From positions 128,001-192,000 of the forward strand of contig CAVVLJ010000017.1 in assembly GCA_963749075.1 (NCBI GenBank): a DNA stretch of 64,000 bases, given 5' to 3'. Below the pieces are notes generated by a model. It saw nothing but the letters and a program-made list of their open reading frames with translations, made no database searches and was not told the origin of the DNA. Both the position numbers and the translations under genes were made by a program. The DNA is from an uncultured Pseudomonadota bacterium. GTDB lineage: Bacteria; Pseudomonadota; Alphaproteobacteria; JACZXZ01. Below, piece after piece: positions 57,188 through 64,000 of the stretch; position 1 is the first letter of the stretch, and each line of letters starts with the position of its first letter.

Positions 57188-57706
57188 TCAGCGGTTTCCC
57201 GGCTCGCCCAATCTTGCGCGTAGCAAGTCCCTGAGCGCCTCGAGCTCCTCGAGCATGGCCTCGAGCGCGCGGCGGTCGATCGCCGCCTCGCGTGCGGCAG
57301 CGGGGCCGGCCGCTGCAGCCGCCGGAGCCGTGGCGATGTCGCCGTTCTCCGGGGCTTGGCTGCGCTGCGCCGCAGCGCCGGCCAGAGGCGCCTCGCCGGC
57401 CGCGGCCACGCCCTTGGCGCCGCTCTCGCGCAGCAGCTTCTGGGCACCCCTGATGGTGAAGCCGTCGCGGTAGAGCAGATCGCGGATGGCGCGCAGCAGC
57501 ACCACGTCCTCGGGCCGGTAGTAGCGCCGCCCGCCGGCGCGCTTCATGGGCCGAACTTGCGCGAACTTGGTCTCCCAGAAGCGCAGCACGTGCTGCGGCA
57601 CGTCGAGCTCCTCCGAGACCTCGCTGATCGTGCGGAAGGCGGCACTCGACTTGCCGGCCCGCGGCGGCCGCGGCTCGAGAGGCAAGGCGCCGGTTGCATT
57701 CGACAT
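57188..57706 (-). CDS. MerR family HTH regulator
   Basis: FRTISEV...[11 protein letters not shown]...P.KR.GGRRYYR; follows ihfA. Confidence 0.92.
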   Translation of the reverse strand: MSNATGALPLEPRPPRAGKSSAAFRTISEVSEELDVPQHVLRFWETKFAQVRPMKRAGGRRYYRPEDVVLLRAIRDLLYRDGFTIRGAQKLLRESGAKGVAAAGEAPLAGAAAQRSQAPENGDIATAPAAAAAGPAAAREAAIDRRALEAMLEELEALRDLLRARLGEPGNR

Positions 57707-57708
57707 TG

Positions 57709-58029
57709 TCAGGATGCCCGCGGAGCACCCGAGCGCGAGGCCGCGTTGATGCGGTTCTTGAGCACGTGCGAGGCGCGGAACACCAGCACCCGGCGCGGCA
57801 GAATCGGGACCTCCTCTCCGGTCTTGGGATTGCGCCCCACGCGCCGGCCCTTCTGGCGAACCGAGAAGCTGCCGAACGAGGAGACCTTGACGGTCTCGCC
57901 CTTGGTCAGCGCATCGGCGATCTCGCCGAGCACGGATTCGACCAGGTCCGCCGATTCGTTCCGCGACAGGCCGACTTCCTGGTAGACCGCCTCGCTGAGG
58001 TCCGCCCGAGTGATCGTCTTGCCCGACAT
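57709..58029 (-). CDS. ihfA: integration host factor subunit alpha
   Basis: [25 protein letters not shown]. Confidence 0.96.
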   Translation of the reverse strand: MSGKTITRADLSEAVYQEVGLSRNESADLVESVLGEIADALTKGETVKVSSFGSFSVRQKGRRVGRNPKTGEEVPILPRRVLVFRASHVLKNRINAASRSGAPRAS

Positions 58030-58183
58030 GGTGCCCCCTCATCTCCCCTATCAACGGTACGCCGAACCGCGAAAGCGGTCAATTTGAAAGGGATACCGGA
58101 CGGATTTCACGCGCGATCGCATGGCAGCCCGAAGGCCGCCGCCGGCCCGGCGGGTAGCTGCCGCAACTCCCCTTGCCGCCCTG

Positions 58184-59158
58184 CTACCAGCGGATCAGCC
58201 CGGCACCCCAGGCGAGGCCGCCGCCTATGGCCTCGATCAAGAGGAGCTGCCCGGGCTTGATGCGGCCGTCCTTGACGCCCTGGTCGAGGGCCAGAGGCAC
58301 CGAGGCGGCCGAGGTGTTGGCGTGGCGATCGACCGTCTTGATCACTTTGTCGTCGGCGAAGCCGAGCTTGCGCGCGGTGCCGTCGATGATGCGCTGGTTG
58401 GCCTGGTGCGGCACCAGCCAGTCGACGTCCGCGGCGGCGAGCCCGTTGGCCTGGAGCGCCTCTTCGACCACCTGCGAGAGCTTGAGGACCGCGTGACGGA
58501 AGACTTCGCGGCCGTGCATGCGCACATGGCCCACCGTCTGGGTCGAGGACGGCCCGCCGTCCACGTAAAGGAGATCGTAGAGCCGGCCGTCCGAGTGGAG
58601 ATGGGTGGAGACCACCCCGCGGCCGCGCGGGCCGAGCGGCCCGGGCTCGGCGCGCAGCACGAGGGCGCCGGCGCCGTCGCCGAACAGCACGCAGGTGTTG
58701 CGGTCCTGCCAATCGAGGAGGCGCGAGAAGGTCTCGGAGCCGATGACGAGCGCCGTCTTCGCCTGGCCGAGTCGCAGGGCGTTGTCGGCGGCTGCGAGGG
58801 CATAGATGAAGCCGGCGCACACCGCCTGCAGATCGAAGGCGGCGCCGCGCTCGATGCCGAGTGCCGCCTGCACGCGCGTCGCGGTGGCGGGAAAGGTGTC
58901 GTCGGGCGTGGTGGTCGCCAGCACGATGAGATCGACCGCCGAGGCAGGGACGCCGCTCGCCGCGAGCGCGCGGCGCGATGCCTCGAGCGCCAGATCGGAG
59001 GTGCGCTCGCCCGCGGCCGCGATGTGGCGCTGGCGGATGCCCGTGCGCCCGACGATCCACGCGTCGTTGGTTTCGAGCGTTCGGGCAAGCTCGTCGTTGG
59101 TGACGATGCGCTCCGGCAGATAAGCTCCGCAGCCGACGACCCTCGAGTGGAAGAGCAT
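58184..59158 (-). CDS. fabH: beta-ketoacyl-ACP synthase III
   Basis: [26 protein letters not shown]. Confidence 0.96.
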   Translation of the reverse strand: MLFHSRVVGCGAYLPERIVTNDELARTLETNDAWIVGRTGIRQRHIAAAGERTSDLALEASRRALAASGVPASAVDLIVLATTTPDDTFPATATRVQAALGIERGAAFDLQAVCAGFIYALAAADNALRLGQAKTALVIGSETFSRLLDWQDRNTCVLFGDGAGALVLRAEPGPLGPRGRGVVSTHLHSDGRLYDLLYVDGGPSSTQTVGHVRMHGREVFRHAVLKLSQVVEEALQANGLAAADVDWLVPHQANQRIIDGTARKLGFADDKVIKTVDRHANTSAASVPLALDQGVKDGRIKPGQLLLIEAIGGGLAWGAGLIRW

Positions 59159-60207
59159 CAGCCGGCTGCCACCTGGGGCTTCTCGTCGCGGGGGGCGCTC
59201 ATGCGCTTGAACTCCTTCTTGATGCGGTCGTTGAAGCCTCCCGCGGCGAGATCGACCGCGACGCCGATGGCGTTGGCGAAGCCGAGCGCGTCGGTGCCTC
59301 CGTGGCTCTTGACCGCGATGCCGTTGAGACCGAGCAGCATGGCGCCGTTGTAGCGGCGGGGATCCGTGCGCACCTGCATCTTCTTGAGCGCACTCCGCGC
59401 CATGAGAAAGCCGAGCCTGGCGACGAGCGAGCTCTTGAAGGCCTGGCGCACGAACTCGCGCAAGAGGCGCGCGGTGCCCTCGGCGGTCTTGAGCGCGATG
59501 TTGCCGGTAAAGCCGTCGGTCACGATGACGTCGACCGAGCCGGCGGCGATGTCGTCGCCCTCGACGAAGCCCTCGAAGCGGATCGGGAGCGGCGTGTCGC
59601 GCAGAATGGCGCTCGCCGCCTTGACCGCCTCGCGGCCCTTGACCGGCTCCTCGCCGACGTTGAGGAGGCCGACGGTCGGCCGCTGCAGGCCGAGCAGGGT
59701 GCGCGCGAAGAGCTCGCCCATCACGGCGAACTGCACGAGATTGTTGGCGTCGCATTCCACGTTGGCGCCGAGATCGAGCATCACGCTCTCCCCCCTGAGC
59801 GTGGGGAAGAAGGCGGCGATCGCCGGGCGGTCGATGCCGGGCAGCGTGCCCAGGATCATCTTGGCCATGGCCATCAAGGCGCCGGTGTTGCCGGCCGAGA
59901 CCACGGCCGCCGCCTTGCCTTCGTGCACGGCGACGATCGACTCCCACATGCTCGAGCCGCGTGCCTGGCGCAAGGCGTGCGAAGGTTTCATGTCGCCGGG
60001 CACCACCTTCTCGGTGTGCACGAGCGAGATGATCTGGCGCAGCTTGGGCTTGCGCTTGATGAGCGGGGCGACCTTGCGCTCGTCGCCGAAGAGGAGGTAG
60101 CGCACGTTGGGATGACGGATGCGCGCGATCGCGATGCCCTTGATCACCACCTTGGGCGCGCTGTCGCCGCCCATCGCGTCGACCGCTATGGTCAAGGGTT
60201 GTTCCAC
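59158..60207 (-). CDS. plsX: phosphate acyltransferase PlsX
   Basis: [25 protein letters not shown]. Confidence 0.96.
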   Translation of the reverse strand: MEQPLTIAVDAMGGDSAPKVVIKGIAIARIRHPNVRYLLFGDERKVAPLIKRKPKLRQIISLVHTEKVVPGDMKPSHALRQARGSSMWESIVAVHEGKAAAVVSAGNTGALMAMAKMILGTLPGIDRPAIAAFFPTLRGESVMLDLGANVECDANNLVQFAVMGELFARTLLGLQRPTVGLLNVGEEPVKGREAVKAASAILRDTPLPIRFEGFVEGDDIAAGSVDVIVTDGFTGNIALKTAEGTARLLREFVRQAFKSSLVARLGFLMARSALKKMQVRTDPRRYNGAMLLGLNGIAVKSHGGTDALGFANAIGVAVDLAAGGFNDRIKKEFKRMSAPRDEKPQVAAG

Positions 60208-60335
60208 GCGGCCTTATCCTCCGGCCTGAGGCTGCGGCCCCGCACCGACTTCCCGGCCCGTCGTCCGCCAGCAGTGCATCACAAGCCGCGAGATCGGTCC
60301 ATCGCTCAATCGCAGGTCCGCAGTGCCGCCGGCGG

Positions 60336-60518
60336 CTAGGCGGTCTCGACCGCGACCACCTCGCGGCCGCGATATTGCCCGCAGGCCGGGCAGACGTGGT
60401 GCGGCCGCATCAACTCGCCGCAATTCTGGCATTCGACGTAGCTCGCCTTTGCCAGCGCGTGGTGGGAGCGGCGCATGTCGCGCCGCGACTTGGAGGTCTT
60501 CTTCTTTGGAACAGCCAT
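60336..60518 (-). CDS. rpmF: 50S ribosomal protein L32 (zinc-ribbon type)
   Basis: [13 protein letters not shown], CxxC...CxxC. Confidence 0.97.
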   Translation of the reverse strand: MAVPKKKTSKSRRDMRRSHHALAKASYVECQNCGELMRPHHVCPACGQYRGREVVAVETA

Positions 60519-60625
60519 GACGGGGCACTTTCAAGCTGTGACGAGGGGACGGCGGCCGCGAACGGAAAGCCCGCTTAGATATAGGAAATCCGCTGCAACG
60601 GCAAGATGATGAAGAGGGCGCATCG

Positions 60626-61198
60626 TCACGCGCCCCGCTTGGCCAGGCGGCTGAGCACGGCAAAGGGGCTCTCCTTGGGCTCCTCGCCCAGGCTGATGCC
60701 CTGGCACTTGCCGAGCACGTCCTCGAGGCGGATGCCGGGCTTGCGCGGATAGAGGTCGAGCGCCAGCGCCAGCTGCTGGGCGACCGCCTCTCCGATGTCG
60801 ATGGCGCCGTGCTGGATCGGCTCGGGCCAATCGTCGCCCGCCTCGCCGGGCGCTCTGCCGCCCCGCGCCGCGATGCGGGACGCCGGCGCGTAGAGCAAGG
60901 AGAATTCCTCCTCGACGCGGCCCTCGACCGGCTCGAGCGAGACGACGCAGGTCTGCACCACGTCGGCGAAGAGACGCCCCTCAACGCGCACGATGGGTCC
61001 TTTCTCGATGCGACGCAGCCTCACGTCCGCGTCGAGCCGCTCGAGGGCGATGAGGCCGAAGCGCGCCGCGAGCGCCCGGCACTCGTCCTCGCGCGCGCCG
61101 ATGCGCTCGGCGACCTCGCCCTGCTCGAGGCGATCGACCGCGACGAAACGGGAGAACTCGGCGCGGCTCAGGGAGTGCTTGTCCATGCTGGCTGCCAT
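60626..61198 (-). CDS. YceD/DUF177 family protein
   Basis: Q.CVVSLEP, ID.GE...Q.L.LAL..YPR, SPFA.L; upstream of rpmF. Confidence 0.9.
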   Translation of the reverse strand: MAASMDKHSLSRAEFSRFVAVDRLEQGEVAERIGAREDECRALAARFGLIALERLDADVRLRRIEKGPIVRVEGRLFADVVQTCVVSLEPVEGRVEEEFSLLYAPASRIAARGGRAPGEAGDDWPEPIQHGAIDIGEAVAQQLALALDLYPRKPGIRLEDVLGKCQGISLGEEPKESPFAVLSRLAKRGA

Positions 61199-61321
61199 CA
61201 GGTGGGGCCAGGAATAGGCGATCTCTCGCCCGCAGCCTGCAAAGAAACTACCATAAATGCTTCCCCGCCGCCAAGCAATGCCACCGCCCGCGGCCGGCTG
61301 GACGCTCTGGAAGCAGCCTTC

Positions 61322-61897
61322 TCATGCATCGGAACATTCATCTTTTGAAGTATCTGCCGCCGCCGCCGGGAGGCGCTCGAAGCGCACGCGCCCCGCCGCG
61401 AGCTCGCCGTAGGACTGTGCTGCCAGGCTTGCGGCCTGCGCCCGCAGGTAGGCGGAGAGCACGGCCAGTTGCCGGGGCGCTGCGGCGACCGTGCCGAAGA
61501 GATTGCGGGCCAGCGCCGCGGCGAGCACGTCGCCGCCGCCCGCGAGTCCGGCCTCGTAGGCGGCGATGCGGCCATAGAGCGCCTTCGCCATTGTTTTGAC
61601 GCGCCGCCCGACGCCGAGGTCGCCCACGCCCAGCTCGCGCAGCCCGTGATCCATCGCGTCGAACATCGCATCGAAGAGCGCTTGCGCGAGGCGCTTCGCG
61701 GGGCGGCCCTCCTCGCGCAGCCGCTTGAGGATGAGGAAGACGTGGAGTGCTAGGAGCTCGAAGCGGCCGTCGAGCGTATCGGGCACGCCGAGCTCGAGGT
61801 AGAAGACCGGCCTGCGCGCAGCCGCCACGGCAGCACCATAGAGCGCCGCCGCCGCGTCCCGCTCGGCGGCTCCTTTTCTCAGTTTTATCAATGGCAT
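61322..61897 (-). CDS. ubiquinol-cytochrome c chaperone (Cbp3/UQCC1 family)
   Basis: GVPDTLDGRFE, LRELGVGD..V, YGR..AY. Confidence 0.9.
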   Translation of the reverse strand: MPLIKLRKGAAERDAAAALYGAAVAAARRPVFYLELGVPDTLDGRFELLALHVFLILKRLREEGRPAKRLAQALFDAMFDAMDHGLRELGVGDLGVGRRVKTMAKALYGRIAAYEAGLAGGGDVLAAALARNLFGTVAAAPRQLAVLSAYLRAQAASLAAQSYGELAAGRVRFERLPAAAADTSKDECSDA

Positions 61898-62021
61898 CTC
61901 GTTCGAAGCCCGCAGCTCGGGTTGACAAGCCGGGCACCCGGTGCGATGCTCCGCACGAAGCGGGGGGCGAGCGCTCGGCACCCAAGGTGATTCCCTATAT
62001 GGATATGGCGTGGCGTTGATC

Positions 62022-62532
62022 ATGCAGCAATCGGGCATTTGCGTTTCCGCGGGGCGGGCTTGGGCCGCAGGTGCCGCCGCCCTGCTCATCGCACTGGGCC
62101 TTGGCGCCTGTTCGCCGCGCACCAATACCCACGGCAATCTGGTCGATCCCCAGCTTCTTGAGCAGGTGAAGCCGGGCGCGCTCAACAAGGATCAGGTGCA
62201 GACCCTCCTCGGCACGCCGTCGAGCATCAGCACCTTCGACCAGAACACCTGGTACTACATCGGCAAGCAGACCCAGCGCATCGCCTTCCTCGACCCCGAC
62301 GTGCTCGACCAGAAGGTCGTCGCCATCGAGTTCGACAGCAAGGGGACCGTGAAGGCCATCCACCAGTACGGCGAGGCCGACGGCAAGGAGGTCGACATGG
62401 TCGCGCGCACCACGCCCACGGGCGGCAAATCCTACGGCATGTTCGACCAGATTCTGGGAAGCCCTGACCGAGAAGTTCGGCGCCAGCAACGGGGCCGATG
62501 CGACCGCGCGCGATCCCTTCCTGAAGCGTTAG
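62022..62532 (+). CDS. bamE: outer membrane assembly lipoprotein BamE with an apparent +1 frameshift near 62463
   Basis: Lipobox LGAC, HGN, LG.PS, WYYI; removing one C from CCC at 62462-62464 gives GSLTEKFG...PFLKR* ending at 62532. Confidence 0.85.
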
Positions 62533-62629
62533 GCGCTCTCCCTCAAGCGAGCCGGATGCTGCGGCAGAGGAGCCGCCGGCGCGGCTGGCTGCGGTGCTGC
62601 GCCCTTGGCGGACCGGCCGCGGCGCGCCC

Positions 62630-64000
62630 TCAGTGGGCGGCGAGGATCGCGAGCAGCAGAATGGCCACGATGTTGATGATCTTGATCATCGGGTTGACGG
62701 CCGGGCCGGCGGTGTCCTTGTAGGGATCGCCCACCGTATCGCCCGTCACCGCGGCCTTGTGGGCGTCCGAGCCCTTGCCGCCGAGGTGGCCCTCCTCGAT
62801 GTACTTCTTGGCATTGTCCCAGGCGCCGCCGCCCGAGGTCATCGAGATGGCGACGAAGAGCCCGGTCACGATGGTGCCGAGCAGCATGGCGCCGAGCGTG
62901 GTGAAGGCCGCCGCCCTGCCGCCCACGCCCCAGATCACCACCCAGAGCACGATGGGCGCCAAGACCGGCAGGAGCGAGGGCACGATCATCTCCTTGATGG
63001 CGGCGCGCGTCAGCATGTCGACGGCGGCGCCGTATTCGGGTTTCGCCGTCCCCTCCATGATGCCCTTGATCTCGCGGAACTGGCGGCGCACCTCGACGAC
63101 GACCTGGCCGCCGGCGCGGCCCACCGCCTGCATGCCGAGGGAGGCGAAGAGATAGGGCAGGAGGCCGCCGATGAAGAGCCCGATCACCACATAGGGGTCC
63201 TCGAGCCGGAAGGTGATCGACTTGGCGAGCACGGGGAAATAGTGCTGCAGGTCCTGGGTATAGGCGGCGAAGAGCACGATGGCCGCGAGCCCGGCCGAGC
63301 CGATGGCATAGCCCTTGGTCACCGCCTTGGTGGTATTGCCGACCGCGTCGAGGGCGTCCGTGGTCTTGCGCACGTCCTTGGGTAGATCCGCCATCTCGGC
63401 GATGCCGCCCGCGTTGTCGGTCACCGGGCCATAGGCGTCGAGCGCCACGACGATGCCCGCGAGCGCCAGCATGGTGGTGGCGGCGACCGCGATGCCGAAG
63501 AGGCCGGCGAAGAGATAGGCGACGATGATGCCGGCCGAGATCACCAGCACCGGAAGCGCCGTCGCCTCCATCGACACGGCGAGGCCCTGGATGATGTTGG
63601 TGGCATGGCCCGTGGTCGAGGCGTCGGCAATGCTCGTCACCGGCCGGTGGCCCGTGCCGGTGTAATACTCGGTGATCCATACGAGGAGGCCGGTGACGGC
63701 GAGACCGACGAGGGCGCAATAGAAGAGATGGGTCGAGGGGAACTGCTGGCCGCCCGCCTCGATCATGCCGAAGCCGAACATGCGCCAGATGATGAGTGCG
63801 ATCAGCACCGCCGAGATCGCCGCGGTGGCAAAGAGGCCCTTGTAGAGCGCACCCATGATGTTGTTCGACGGGCCCAGGCGCACGAAGAAGGTGCCGATCA
63901 CCGAGGCGATGATGCAGGCGCCGCCGATGACGAGGGGCAGGTGCATCATCTGCTCCTGCATGCGGCCGGTGAAGAAGATGGCGGCGAGCAGCATGGTCGC
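62630..64000 (-). CDS. hppA: membrane-bound proton-translocating pyrophosphatase, K+-independent type (5' part outside window)
   Basis: [22 protein letters not shown] (Lys marks K+ independence), [10 protein letters not shown]. Confidence 0.95.
   Translation of the reverse strand, partial: ATMLLAAIFFTGRMQEQMMHLPLVIGGACIIASVIGTFFVRLGPSNNIMGALYKGLFATAAISAVLIALIIWRMFGFGMIEAGGQQFPSTHLFYCALVGLAVTGLLVWITEYYTGTGHRPVTSIADASTTGHATNIIQGLAVSMEATALPVLVISAGIIVAYLFAGLFGIAVAATTMLALAGIVVALDAYGPVTDNAGGIAEMADLPKDVRKTTDALDAVGNTTKAVTKGYAIGSAGLAAIVLFAAYTQDLQHYFPVLAKSITFRLEDPYVVIGLFIGGLLPYLFASLGMQAVGRAGGQVVVEVRRQFREIKGIMEGTAKPEYGAAVDMLTRAAIKEMIVPSLLPVLAPIVLWVVIWGVGGRAAAFTTLGAMLLGTIVTGLFVAISMTSGGGAWDNAKKYIEEGHLGGKGSDAHKAAVTGDTVGDPYKDTAGPAVNPMIKIINIVAILLLAILAAH

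Overview
GC-rich alphaproteobacterial chromosome segment (gene content and order suggest a Rhodospirillales-like lineage; inference only). In order: the 3' end of an S41 protease; a solitary long-form Rieske gene; a Tat-signal ORF ending in (RFPW)n repeats; a divergent DHDPS-family gene; a run of small hypothetical genes; a complete cbb3 oxidase cluster (ccoNOQP-GHIS plus DUF2189, DsbD_2/TauE-like and hemN) with FNR/FixK boxes; an FNR-boxed three-subunit molybdenum hydroxylase; two toxin-antitoxin pairs beside a duplicated gene end and tRNA-Glu; recJ-glpX-hom-aminotransferase; a cobalt-type nitrile hydratase; a PAS-GGDEF-EAL protein; phaC; argC; rplM-rpsI; acyl-CoA and methionine genes; a SET-domain gene abutting a full Tad/Flp pilus locus with three pilins; tRNA-Pro; and the core MerR-ihfA-fabH-plsX-rpmF-yceD-cbp3-bamE-hppA block. 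The most interesting observations are a 58-aa two-helix gene after ccoS that resembles the N-terminal extension missing from this CcoN, the Tat-exported (RFPW)n peptide, a chain of overlapping ATGA mini-ORFs (MSKKP twice) leading into metY, a higBA module bracketed by a 135-bp duplicate of a gene's 3' end, a stand-alone IF2-associated-domain gene, and a SET methyltransferase at the end of the tad operon. No CRISPR array, integrase or transposase was seen. All calls come from motif recognition, with no database searches.
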